A stretch of DNA of 64,000 nucleotides from Laetmonice hystrix. Its lineage: Eukaryota. Positions 50,267 through 63,689 of the stretch are shown here, piece by piece (the stretch's first letter is position 1; the number at the start of each line of letters is the position of its first letter). Location: NCBI GenBank assembly GCA_965235115.1, contig OZ249436.1, positions 41,108,001 through 41,172,000 of the forward strand. The letters are read 5' to 3'. The position numbers and the translations under genes are program-made. The notes under the pieces were generated by a model. It saw nothing but the letters and a program-made list of their open reading frames with translations. It did not search any database and was not told where the DNA came from.

Positions 50267-51694
50267 TTAAGTCAGACTAGGGTTTCTGCGTAGTATAGGT
50301 CTAAAAACCGAGTCTTGACGAGTATCATCCGAAATAGAATTGATATATTTACGTATTTATATTCTGGCCATTACACCTGGTTTATGGATCAGTCTGGGGC
50401 AGCACTCGGTGTAAGGTTCTTCCATCCAAGCTCACATGTAGAAGCGGTGGTTCTTTCTCAAAGTTTGTTACTAGGCCAGCAATGGAGGACAAACACAAAA
50501 AAAAAGCCTCTCAGTACTAACCTAGTTTAGTGTCTGTGTGAGAGTGCATCTAGGTTGCGCGGAGGCTGAACGGTGGGTTAAAGGTGGCGAGGGGGGGGGG
50601 GGGCGCCTCTGTCTGTAGTAGCCATACTAGCCTAGTATTGCCACCCAAAGATAAGTGGGAATTCACAGCTGTGATGTCACGTCAGACCTCAGCCGGGACA
50701 CCCAACACCGTGCTGTAGCCGTAATAACTATGTGACCCCCCCCCCACCTCACACCCACCCACACCACCGCCACCACCACCACCGCAGCCAGCACCGCTGA
50801 CGGGATCGCATGCGTCGATGAGACACTGACAGGTACATAACATAGACTACTGATAGAGCTAGTGGATCTGGACCACTCGGGACAGACAACATTGTCAGTG
50901 CCCGAGCATTGCTATCCACCATAATTTGGTCCCCCCCCCCCCCCCCTGCTTTCCTTTCTACCAAGTTCTGGACCAATTCTTTTTTCTCTTTTTTTTTTCA
51001 CACATGGAGTCCACATGTTGGCGAATATTGCCTTCATGAACTGGTAACGGGGGAGGGGGAAGGTTGCATCTCAGTTGTTGGTCGAGGATACATTATGTAG
51101 GCTTCCCAGGCGCCTAGTCTGAGCTGACCGGGTTACAGTAATGCAGGTTTACCTTATTGCACTCGGGACTGCATGGTCCCGCTGCAGGCGTGCTATTCTT
51201 GTTGCATGAACCGACGGAAGAGAAATTCCCACTATGCAATAGCATATCCAAATGTCAGTTCCTTGATAACATCGATAAATTGCAGATCACAGGGAAATAC
51301 AATGTAGATGTCTATTGGGGTTCACTGCCTCTAAGTAGTAATTAAAGACATTGGAGATGGATGAGCGATATTGTCAAGCATCAGGGTTGCGATGCATATT
51401 TGGACCCCATGGAGCAGTCAGTAGTTTGATTTTAACGGTGCACAGAGCCTAAAGTTGAGAAGTTATAGTACAGGTTCTGCTCGAAGAATCAAGGTCTCTC
51501 CAGGGTACTGTAGTTTGTTCTGAGTTATATACCACAGATCAGATCTACCAAAGGCTGAGGCTGCTGGTGTGGTGGGTTGGATTTTGTTGTTGTTGTTGTT
51601 GGGGGGGGGGGGGGGTCTGAATATACAAAACAAGGAGACACTATGGACATGTGACCAATCTTGTTTGTGACTACGCCAGACGTTGCTCGATGAT

Positions 51695-51763
51695 TATATT
51701 GGTAGCGATGATCATTATATTGGTAGCGATGATCATTATATTGGTAGCGATGATCATTATATT
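51695..51763. repeat. 21-bp tandem repeat, 3 copies
   Basis: tatattggtagcgatgatcat repeated; a single copy also occurs near 52619. Confidence 0.85.
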
Positions 51764-54617
51764 GATCAATGGCAGGGGTTGCATACGTATCTCGGAATCC
51801 ATGATAGTTTATATTCGTTTCCGCACAACTGTCAGTCCGCACTGGTGGAGTCTGAACCAGTGAAATTGAGCTAAATGGTTGCATTTGTTATATTTGTGGG
51901 TAACCAATTGGTACTTAGAAGGAAAAACTGGACTCTCGAGCCCTTTCTTCTTCATTTCACCTTTCTCCTAGCCAGATGATCGAGTGGGGGTGTGAGTGTT
52001 ATAAATATAATGTACATGCATTGTATAAAGTCAATATTTTTGTACATCTGCACGTCCAGCCATCCACATATACAAAAGAAGACGTTTTCTATTTTCCTTT
52101 TCCCCGTGTTGTTGGTTATTTGTTGATAACCTGAAGCAATATATTAATCTAGAGTTTGTACAATAGACACAGGGACACAGTTCTTGTATTTGGGCAGGGA
52201 GTGGATTATAATGAGTGCGAGAGTTTGAGAATGGTATGTTTGATTCGATCCGGCGAAAGGGTCATATCGTTACCTTCGAGCAAATACCCAAAATCTGGAC
52301 CACCAGCTGTGGATGAAATCGAAAGAATTGCGAAAAAGCACTAAGTACACTTTAACAAAACAGAATACAACCTTTGAAATGGCAATAGTACAGGAACAAG
52401 ATAGCTACGGTCGTTAGATGTCAAGGTATGTCACGTATAATTGTTGACTGGACACGGTCAGAGGGCCGTCGACGTCCAGGTTAAATGGCCCATGGTCTGA
52501 ATGTACAAAACAAGGGACAATATGGACACATGTGACCGATCGTTGAATCAACCAATAAAATAACACTGGATGGATCCATGGTCCAAGTTTGTGACTACGC
52601 CAGACGTTGCCCGATGATTATATTGGTAGCGATGATCATTATTTTTTCCTGTTTGACTGGATACGGTCGTTGGGCCGCCGACGTCCAGGTTAAATGCCCT
52701 AGCAGCCCATGTTGGAGGAGGTGCTCTTTGTGAAGATGCAAAATATGAAGTCCACCTGTGGACAGCCAGATAATAAAATGAAACTTTCAGTACTTCAGAC
52801 ATGGGGACTCCTCATGGTCGCCATTTTGTCGGCGTTCTAACACTTTGCCCATCAGTCCGCCCTCATAATAAAAGATGACCCTTTTTATATAGCTGTACAA
52901 TAGTTAACGTTCGCCAGACGACCATGAAATGTATCTGTCAAGAAGTGCTGGCAACGGATCCAAGAGCCCTCCAGGTTATCTGTCGAAATGTACACACTTG
53001 TATAAGGTTAACAAATAATGTGAATTTTATATTGCAACATAATGCAAATGTACATGTACATAGATAGCACCCAAGTGTAAGGAAGAGATTTTTTTAAGGA
53101 GTAAGACGCGTTAAAAAAAGTTTGGTCGTCCTGAGAATAGGGAGAAAAAGAGGCCTGCGCGCGGGATCCCATGTGCATCGATCCCATTGACAAAGGTCAG
53201 ATCGGTTGGGCCTGAAGGTCAAGGGGTTTATGATAAATTGTGACTGGACGCAGACTTGTGATGGTCATACTGAGACGGTGGTCCGTATAGTGCATCACGT
53301 GTGTAGAGAGATACTTTCTACATGTAATAATTATGTATGTTTGATGAATAAAAATATTAATTTAAATTTCAAGCTACACAACGTTTTTGTGGTTGATTTC
53401 TGAAGGGTTTTGTCAGGCGCTGATCCTAATAAAATAAGCTGAAAGAATACAATAACACAAAATGACTGCAATCCCCCCCCCCCCGTTTTGATTCATGCAA
53501 GAGAAAATCGCGGCCCATAAACTCCTGTCTGAATGTGACCCCTCGTTATCATTCGTGGAAGGAATGTCACGGGTTAACGGGCCCAAACCGAACTGTCAAC
53601 GAAAAGCCCTAAGGCATGACTATGTATATTTTAGCCTATTTGTGTTGGAGTTGGACGGAAAGTAAAAATCGACAACGAACGATAAATACCAGAGTCGGCC
53701 AACCAATCAGCATTACCAAACAGACCGTGGCAATATGAGAGTGAGTGGCCAAGATTTGGTACACAACAGTCAAGTAGCCCCCATACTTAGGAGTATAGGT
53801 TCACACTGAGGAATTAGCCCGGGTAATACCCGGGTCAGTGGTGGTGACCTGTATGTGAACGCGCTTAGCCCGGGGTAACTTAGCCTAGATGGGCGGCCGA
53901 GTTACCTCGGCAAGAAGGATACCCCGGGTGAATAATTATTTGACCCGGGACAGCAGTGTGAGCCTGGCCTAAGACCATGATGTGGCAATCATGCTGCCAG
54001 AGACTTACGTAGGTACATGTACGTGCGCTAAGTGTAGCCAGGCGCGTCCGTGGGGGGGGGGGGGGGGGGGGGGCGTCAAGGGGGTTCGGACCCTCCCCCC
54101 ACTGCTCCCACAGAACATAGATTTTTTTCTAAGCATTCCGCCGTTTTGAGCCCGTTGAGCGATTTTTTCTCAGCATTCCCGCCGTTTTGAACCCGTGAGC
54201 GATGAATCCACAGAATATAATGCCCTAAAATGGCCCCTAAATAGCGGGGAATCGCGTCTCAGAGCTTCAAATCTTAAAATATTTCCTGAGACCCCTCCCC
54301 CCCAATAGCGTACCCGGGGGGGGGGGGGGGGTGCTTGGGATGCTCAAGCACCCCCCTCAATTTGCCAATTTTTTTTGGTGCGCTTGTTGCCCACAGCCCC
54401 CTCACAATTTGCAGCGCCTACGACGTTGGTTATTTTCAGCACCCCCCTGGGTCCAGTTTCTGGGTACGCCACTGCCCCCGCCCCCCCCCCCCTGCTGAAC
54501 ATCCCGGACACGCGCCTAGCTGGTAGCCTATCACGTGCAGGCCCACTACCGACCAGACCACCAGATTATGTAGTAGGCTAGTGTACGATCTATAGGGTAG
54601 TCGGGCTTCCTGGATAT

Positions 54618-54735
54618 CAGGGTTGTTTGATTTAAATCATTTGATTTAAATCATTTGATTTAAATCATGATTAAAATCAAGTAAAAAAATCAAAAAAAAA
54701 TCATAACATGATTTTTTTGAATTTTAACAACCCTG
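54618..54735. mobile_element. hAT-type MITE (8-bp TSD)
   Basis: CAGGGTTGTT / AACAACCCTG, flanked by CTGGATAT. Internal tgatttaaatca palindromic repeats. Confidence 0.85.
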
Positions 54736-57094
54736 CTGGATATCGATTTCGATCTAGTAGATCTCTGACGGTGCCAACCTTCCAAAATTGGTTTAGAAAG
54801 TATACAAAACGAAATTCCAGTAGGGGGGGCCTATATTATTGATATTGAATAGATAAACTACATTTACATGTGCACCCAAAAGATTGTATACGAGTTTGAG
54901 TTCCACCAAGTGTCTCTCGTTCGCTCTGAATGTCGTGGGCCACTGTTTTCGTGACAAGTTATCACGGGTGATATACCCAGGTGGGAGAGATTGGGCTAGG
55001 ATCAGGTCAAACCAGTGTTGGCCTTGCCACCAGCGCCACACTGGCGCCCCCTAACGGAACACACTGACATTACCGTTCTCTAAAGATAGAAGAAAGGAGT
55101 TTTCTTTAAAAACCGACCATTTGCCTTTTCTTTATGAGCGCCTTGAATTTATCAGAGACTATTTTCCCCGATAGCTTTGTGGACCAGTACTTATAGAATT
55201 AAAATGTAATATACACGTCTACATGTACAAAGAAAGACGAACAGATGAAGTTTTGTATGGATAACTTTTCGTTAGCACGTTTGGGTGGTTAATTTATTCC
55301 GGGAAAGACCAACAAATCTTCATGTAGTAAAAAAGATATGTGTTATCACAGGTCTATAATATCGGTCCTACCTCACAATTTCTGTAAAATGATGCTGACT
55401 TCATAAACACAGCAACGTAAATTACATACAGATTATCCAATCGTTACAATTAAACAAGAGATGCATTTCTGACACTGCATGTGTTCAATTCGTCTATTTC
55501 AAATTCCATGGATTATGCTCATTATCAGTAAACGTTCAGATCAGTATGTGTTCACATCCAGAGGTACTATGACGGTTGAAACAAGCCAGAGACCTGCTGG
55601 TATCGACTACTATCATGGTATTCATTACCTACCATCATACCACAGAACCTGGCTGACTTCCACTGCCACCTTGGTACCCAAATACATCCCGCTGAAAGCC
55701 ACTAGGACCAACTGACACGGTACATATTTTCAATTTGTGTATTTCAATAATCGAACAAAAATGAAGGACTTTCATCGTCACATAAAATCAAATGTGCTCT
55801 GTTCTACAGGTCTGCAATCTAAAGCAAAATCTCATATTCAGATACATGCAACTCCTGACGTTCGTGTTTAACATACCACCCCCCCCCCCCCCCCCCCTGA
55901 AATCCCCTAGGATTTAATACCCCAGGGCCCGGGGGTTTTTTTTACCGCTTACCGTGAGTTGAGCTGAGATGGGCTGACCACGTTTTTCTTGCTAACCGAA
56001 ATGCCCTTGCTCATCCCCACCTCACCTTGTCTCAGCTCAGCCCCCCACTCGTGCAAACGGTGGAAAAGTAAACACACAGAAAAAAACCGGGCCCTGACCT
56101 ACATTGCCTGCTATGTTCCAATACTAATACGGAAGCCTGACTTTACAATACAATAAGTGGAAACTTTACATGAGGAAATTTTCCAGTACTTTTACCTCTT
56201 GTTTAATTAACTGTATCTGAACTCTGCCGTTCCTTACAGTCTGGTCTCCCCGTTCAAACCTCCTCCTTTGTGACGTACAAACCAGAGAAATCAGTCGCCA
56301 AAAAAAACCCCACAGCCTGATAGCAATATACCAGTAGTGAAAACAGCTGCGCAAAGACCGTTTTATAGCCGACCAAAAAAAAAAACGTCTGTGGTGGCTG
56401 CCGCAGACCAAGAACGCCCCTTACCGTTGTTTGTAAAAGGGCGCAAGAGTCTCGTTTCAAAAAATGGGGTGACCCCATAACGAAGGTAGGATCTGATAGA
56501 ACCTGCAGACCTTTAAATGGTGAAATACCAATCATGTACTAGTGATAATTTACACCAAGCGCCTGAAATATGTCCAGCACATTTACAGCCGGTAGCATGC
56601 AATGGCAAGCTTTATTGACGGCGACGTCCCAGTGCGTCTAGGATTGAGGACGTCGAGATAGAACAAGCCAACCTACACCGCGAAAGATAATACCAAGCTT
56701 TTCACCATCTCGTCACAAAGGAGGCTTTCAAGATAAAGATAATACTTCCCTGAACAGGGCGACATTTGCCGAAAGAGTTGCACTTCCTTCTTTTGTAAAA
56801 GTTTTAAATATATTTACCACATGGTGATGTACACTCTTTGCAGAATTTTTCCCACAAGTTGGCCGCTTAAAAATACTATCTATTGAATACTGACAAGCAT
56901 TATCAACAAAAATATATTCATCCCTTTTTCTACCACAGGAGAGCACACGTCGGCATACATACCGATACATGTTTTCAGATATTATTTTCGAGTCTAATAT
57001 TACAAGTTTACTGGTAGTACTAGTGCCGACTTCATTATGTAATGATGGAATGTTTCCCTACACTCCTAAGTGACTGGTACGCCTGACGACAGTA

Positions 57095-57438
57095 CAGGCA
57101 TGAGAGTGATGATGGGGGAAAAATCTGAAAATTCCCGGGGACATGGAGTATGGCGAGAGCCCTTCGGATCAAGGGGAAACCTCTATCTGCTGAGAAAATA
57201 AAGTCAGGTACCCTAGAGTTGTCAGAAAATACACTTTCCAGTAAGTTTGTATTTCAGGATAAAACAACATTTCCTGCTTCCAGTTTTCCGGCAAGATCTG
57301 AGTCGGACATGCTTTACCCCCCCCCCCCCCCCCCCCTCCATAATGCTTCTGAGATCTAAACGGATTTGCATCGATCTCTTTAACCATAAATTTGAATTTT
57401 TTAAAATCGGAATTCCGAGGAAAACACTCTCATGCCTG
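57095..57438. mobile_element. MITE with 14-bp TIR and probable 7-bp TSD (P-like)
   Basis: CAGGCATGAGAGTG / CACTCTCATGCCTG, with flanks GACAGTA / GAAAGTA. Confidence 0.65.
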
Positions 57439-58360
57439 GAAAGTAACTGTTACTGAATCAAGAATTACTGTAAATACAGTGACAGTGTTACTGTCAATAC
57501 TGTGACAGTGTTAAGCTCAAATGAAAAACATGACTACCATACATACGGTTACACCCTCAAAACTAATTATTACAAATCAACATTCAACACCCTCACATTA
57601 CACATTCATTAACAAAGAGACCTAAAGTGGTCAATTACTAGTGTACGTTTCACTTTTTAACGCCTACTTTGCGGTATAATAAAAACTAAAGTCTGAATAT
57701 ATACCCACAACATTTTGCCTGAGGACATTACCTGTGAAAGGAACGCATGTTTAAATAAGATCTTAATATTTCTTATATCCTTTGTCCACTAGTTGAGCAT
57801 TTGAGTGTGATGTATGGTGTTCCCTCTCTCATTTCTTCATGAAATATTTTTATCCATTTTCATCTCTATGTTCTGACCTCGGTGTTTTTTTTACCCGTAC
57901 ACCAAGTGCCCTTTCCATGCACAAGGGACTACCGTATTCTTAATCTCAGACATACATATTCAATGATTGACTTACTTAATACACTAACTTGTGCTCGTAG
58001 AAGTAAATAAACTAAAACTCTACTTCGTTTTGTTCTGTATACAATATAAATAAAACATATAATATACATCTGAATAAATACCAGTCTCGACTTCCTAGGC
58101 CATTCCTATGATCCGCACTTTCACTACGCAACAATGAGGGTTTCACAATACCTACCCAATACTTTTGGCCCCGTTTGTACCTAAAAGTCATTTTCAAATC
58201 CAGGTCGCCAGAATCCACTTCATTATCTCAGGAAGTACAACACAAAGTGGTCTTTCTTCTACTTACGTAATTATTATAGTGCCTTCTGTTACACCTATTC
58301 TATAAGATGGTTTAAGGATTCGACACTGGATTTGTTCTGTCGCCTAAGGCACCACAGTTA

Positions 58361-60546
58361 TCATCTGTCCGGGGAGGTATCCAGATCGAGGACTTGTTTC
58401 ATCAGTTCATAGACAGAGAAGGACACAGCCACCATGGGGGTCACTTTGATGTAGTTGACGCTGAGCCCGCGATAGAGACCTTTCCTGATGCCATGTTCCC
58501 GCAGCACTACCAACAGTGTTGTGTACCATGTCCTACAACAAATATCAAACGTCTAAAAGTCAGTCCCAACATCTAGAGCAGGGAGAAAAGGATTTCCTAC
58601 TTTCAGACTTTAACTGCAAGATGGCCAATAATCTAGGAATAATAAGCAAGTACAAATCCATGAAATACTAGAACTGCATCCTGGGGTTACCGGTATGCAT
58701 TTTTTGTGTTCATATCGAAGAGCCACTAAGGCCGGAATTCTACTTATGATTTTTTAAGACAAAACATGCTAACTTAATAATCCGTCAGCTCTTTAAACAC
58801 CCTGATTCACCCATCCACACCTGTCCATCAAAAAAGTCGCTTACACCTACTGGAGTGCAAGAAGTACTTTATAAACCACTAATATAAACCGACAGAGGCA
58901 GGTGGCTCGTGGATCTTCATCTTTTTACCCACTTTTAGCTATATAATACGATCACATTTTTTATGAATAACTAATTGTCATTCCAGTTCCAGTCAACCTC
59001 ACCTCTGCCCCTCTAGCCTGATCCAGATTCTGATATAACATCTGATAGCGTACCTATTGCAGTCTATATCAACATGTTTAGATACACAAGGTTTTCACTG
59101 TAACCCAGAACTTGCATGGGTTATTCTGACACCTTTGAATGGACAGGAAATAATCCAGAGTGGATAGTGAAAGTTGCTAAACGAGTAATGGTAGAATTGC
59201 ATGCCTTTAAAATATTTGACAGAAAACTCATGCATGAATATACGTCAGAAATTCACTGCAAATTCTCTCCTTCACGCATCTGTTATTAAATCTATGGACC
59301 TACGTGACTGGACAAAACAGGTCACATGGATGACGTCCTAAAACAATTTCAATGCTCTCCATGCACAAATTAAAGGGAAAAACATGCAATTCTTTCAAAA
59401 TAAATAAGTAAAATAAATAAGTAAAATAAATAAGTACTATGTACAGAACCAAGAAATCCCTTCACGGTGTGCTCTTCATATATTTGCACTCACATTACCT
59501 AACTGTACTATAAATATGTTGTGTTCTTGTTTGAAACATGGATTGGGACAACATAAATGGAACCATTGAACAATCCACAAACAGAGTTTAGACTATATAC
59601 ATATCAGAACAGAAGTAGGGCAACACCATTCCATGCCAAGACACTCACACCGACCTAAACTTGTGCGACTCAGGCAGCATCATAGCGAGCTGCATCTTCC
59701 GACGAGCTACATCCAGTGGGTATCTGCAATGTTTAAATTTAATTTTTTCTTTTCTAACAAAAAGTGTTAATACCAATCAATGCCTCTTCAATTCAAAATT
59801 CTACAGAAATTACAAAAATATTAAAACACACTTAATCCAATAATATGAAATGTAAAGCTATCTTAGACTGCACATTAATAACCACATTATCAAATTTTCA
59901 ATATGTGAGACCCGGTATGTATGTTCTAAAAGCTATAGACAAGACTGGTGGACTTGTCTAGGATTACTGGTATCGTATGTATATTTTTATAATTATATTT
60001 TTAATCTTCAGTTTGGGATCAGGGACATGCTGACTAACAAAGGTTCCATATATATTATTACCGAAATTACCACTCCATCTGTACCGCCAGCTCTACCGTT
60101 TTCCCCCTCCTTATCCGTTCATTGGTAGGCTGTTTTGATTATCAGTTCATTTATCTGCTGCAACTTCTTTCACATCCACACACCCAAAATACTTTTCAGG
60201 CTTATAATTATAAATACTTACAGTTATACCGTTACTACAAAATGTATATAGATTGAGATGTTAAGCCCCCAATTTGATTATTTCAAATGTTACCACCTGG
60301 TTCAGCTAGTGACCACATCCAACTTGATTCAAACAGATTTTAGCATTTTTTATTAGCATCATTCTAGAAGCTGATTTACTCACGAGACTGTTTGAGCGAA
60401 TGCCCCAGCGAGGCCACCACATATCAGTTTAGCTGGTACGATGAGGACCAACTTGTCTGGATTCTGGCTGCTTGGCTTTCCAAAAATGTGAGGCAGCTCC
60501 TCTAAACAGAGTCGCTTTAACGTTTCAAAGCCAAAGAAGGATAGGC
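58361..60546 (-). CDS. SLC25A16: Mitochondrial carrier SLC25A16 (Graves disease carrier / CoA transporter-like), last three exons; the 5' part lies beyond the window
   Basis: Minus-strand exons 60546-60384, 59723-59655, 58532-58361 encode [11 protein letters not shown]...[39 protein letters not shown]...[34 protein letters not shown]. Contains the carrier signature PxDxxRR and closely resembles the SLC25A16 C-terminus as recalled. Confidence 0.9.
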
Positions 60547-60696
60547 CTGTAGGTACAAGACATAATGTACAATTATTCAAATAGCAAATCTATATGAAAA
60601 TATATCTCTTAAAAAATCACTGTTAAATAGAAATGAGTGAACTCACATCAAGAAAGTGGAAAATAGGTGAAAACCTTATTTTGTTATAGACTTACT

Positions 60697-63689
60697 AGTA
60701 GGGAGGCGAAACCAAAAAAATTGAGTTTCGTTCTACCGGAGAGAGCAAAAGCAACCACCATGTCAAAATTATACTATGCAATATCCTGTGTCCTGCTAGG
60801 GTGGTGGTCAAGCTCTGTTCTTGTGCTAAGGTCACGAACGCAGGGGTCAAAGTAAACTTTGTAAACTTAGTAAAGTTCTATGCAGTTATATGTACAGCTT
60901 GATGGCGTTATCCGGCGTAAAGATGCATGACTGTGTCTGCAATAATTGTGCAGTTATGTACAGTTTGATAGTGTTATCCGACATGAAGTGTTTTGTAGAT
61001 ATGCTTGACCTCGATTGACCTTTAGAGGTCAGTTATGTACAGTTTGATAGCGTTGTCTGGCGTGAACCAACTGATGGGGACAAATTATCTGTGGGTCCGG
61101 GAAATATGCATACTTTTGGCACGCTTGTTGCCCCTCATGCATTCTGTCAGCAAAAACGAAATCCAGAAAATGGCAGAGTTATTGCTTCGAACTTCTTTAA
61201 ATCCAAGATGGCCACCAAGCAGCCATTTTTAATGATATATTTGACCTGTGTCCTCCTTAGACTGTCCCTGGTTATTATGTAATGTTTCATGCAAGATTAG
61301 ATGTTGTTATTTTCAATTGGTTTGGAGGTACAGGCCATTAAAATATGCATGACCTTGATTGACCTTTCAAGGTCGCTCAAGGTCATGGAAAATGACGCCA
61401 AATGAAACTTCATATATGACTTCCTATCTATCAATAATAACTATTGCCTTATCTTGCACCATTTTCGAGATATGAGCCAAAATAGTGTTATGGGGGGAGT
61501 AAAATATTAATATGGCCGCCATGTCGCCATATTTCCTCTGATCTGGAAATACATTGGTATATACATTGCCCCTCATATACATCTTCTTTCCACCAAATTT
61601 GACTGATGTCAAAAATATCTTTGACCTGCCTCATCCGTGGACTGTCCCGGATCATGATGTAATGTTTCATGCAAGATTATGTCGTTATCTTTAACTGTTT
61701 TGAAGATCCAGGCTATTGCAAATATGCATGACCTTGATTGACCTTTCAAGGTCGCTCAAGGTCATCGAAAATGGCGCCAAATGAAACGTCATATATGACT
61801 TCCTATCTGTCAATAATAATAACTATTGCCTTATCTTGCACCGTTTTCGAGATATGAGCCAAAACAGTGTTATGGGGGAGGGGTAAAATATTAATATGGC
61901 CGCCATGTCGCCATATTTGCTCTGATCTGGCAATACATTGGCATATACATTGCCCCTCATATACACCTTCTTTCCACCAAATTTTAAAGAAATCGGGATC
62001 GTTTTGTGTGAGTTATTACTCCAAATGTGTTTACATCCAAGATGGCCACCACGCGGCCATTTTGACTGATGTCAAAAATATCTTTGACCTGCCTCATCCG
62101 TGGACTATCCCGGATCATTATGTAATGTTTCTTGCAAGATTATGTCGTTATCTTTAACTGTTTTGAAGATCCAGGCTATTGAAAATACGCATGACCTTGA
62201 TTGACCTTTCAAGGTCGCTCAAGGTCATCGAAAATGGCGCCAAATGAAACGTCATATATGACTTCCTATCTATCAATAATATTAACTATTGCGTCATCTT
62301 GCACCGTTTTCGAGATATAAGCCAAAACAGTGCCAAGCGGCCATTTTGAATGATATCAAAAATCTGTTTGACATGCATCATCCTCAGTTCATCATTGATC
62401 CTTGTGTGAAGTTTCAAAGAAATCGACCCATACACTTCTGAGAAATCGCTGTCTACGGACATACGGACGGACGGACGGACGGCCGCACGGACGGACGGCC
62501 GCACGGACGGACGGACGGACGGACGGACGGACGGACGGACGTCGAATTATAAGCCCCCCGTTGTGGGGGCTAATAAAGCTATGAATCTCCAAATTGGTAT
62601 ATTATTAGACGTCCGAAGGGGCTTTCCAGAAAAATATGCAACCATGCAGACTATACTGGATATCTTTCAAATGAGACCAATCCTACAAGCTGGGTTGACC
62701 ATTTTTTTATCGTAGAATGACTAGACTGCCATGGCCATAGTGACTTTTAAACCATGTATGCTATAACTATACCGACAAAAAAGCTTTCCAAACCATATAA
62801 TGAAATGACCTTGAACCAAGTGGGAGATGACCTTGACCTTTAATTCAAGGTCATGTCCCTCTTGCTTGGCGCAGAGCCTAAAACCTGTACCTTATCTGCC
62901 GAGTCAGGCACCAGGCCGATAATCTTGTAGGATTGGTCTCATTTGAAAGATATCCAGTATAGTCTGCATGGTTGCCATGGTAGCCATCCACAGAGAGACT
63001 ATATATTTCTAGGGAAACATGTATATTTTCCATAAATATATTACACTGCCTTATAAAACCTTTTGTGTTTACCCAAATTCAAAATAGTCCCACACAGCCC
63101 AGGCAAATGTACAGAAAATGGGTATAAAGCATCAGATTTAGCGCTTTTTGAGATCCTGCACATCTTTCGTTGCCAGGGGATTTGCCATAGTTACCGAGGC
63201 TTGATGGCCAAACGTGATGACATGGCAACTGGCAGGCTCCGTCACCTTCTGAATGTTATCAAACTTATAGAATTGGGCCTCAAATTTTTTAATGAGATGA
63301 AACGTTCTCATGTTATAACTAAATTTTAGCCTTTTTAAACGGATGTTTTGGTTCAAATGACCTTGACCTTGGGGTCAAAGGTCAACAAATTATATTTTTC
63401 TGGAAAGCCCCTTCGGACGTCTAATAATATACCAATTTGGAGATTCATAGCTTTATTAAGTTTAGAGTGAGGTGGAAATATGTTTATTTTTTAGGAACCC
63501 CTATTTTTGTGTGACCTTTGACCTTTGACCCCTGCGTTCGTGACCTTAGCACAAGAATAGAGCTTGACCACCACCCTAGCAGAACGCAGGATATTGCATA
63601 GAATAATTTTGACATGGTGGCTGCGTTTGCTCTCTCCGGTAGAACGAAATTGATATTTAGGCCACTTTTCCAGGTTCAGCCTCCCTACT
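60697..63689. mobile_element. Long-TIR/foldback DNA element in an SLC25A16 intron
   Basis: Termini AGTAGGGAGGC / GCCTCCCTACT. About 130-bp subterminal arms (60727-60851 vs 63522-63650). Further perfect inverted blocks at 62571-62637/63392-63458 and 62638-62689/62924-62975. Confidence 0.85.
61130..62575 (-). mobile_element. Helentron-associated (HINE/DINE-1-like) non-autonomous element
   Basis: Short GC hairpin agcccccc-gttgt-gggggct (62552-62571), (GGAC)n microsatellite at 62464-62541, and internal ~380-460 bp tandem units marked by atgaccttgattgacctttcaaggtcgctcaaggtcat (61349, 61728, 62191). Left boundary approximate. Confidence 0.65.

Noticed and set aside
51124..51180. miR-92-like hairpin (TATTGCACTCG)
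   Set aside because: Only the first 11 nt resemble miR-92b, the 3' half differs, and pairing with the putative 5' arm is poor.
62286..62592. RPSV / RTDG repeat ORFs
   Set aside because: Translations of the (GGAC)n microsatellite.
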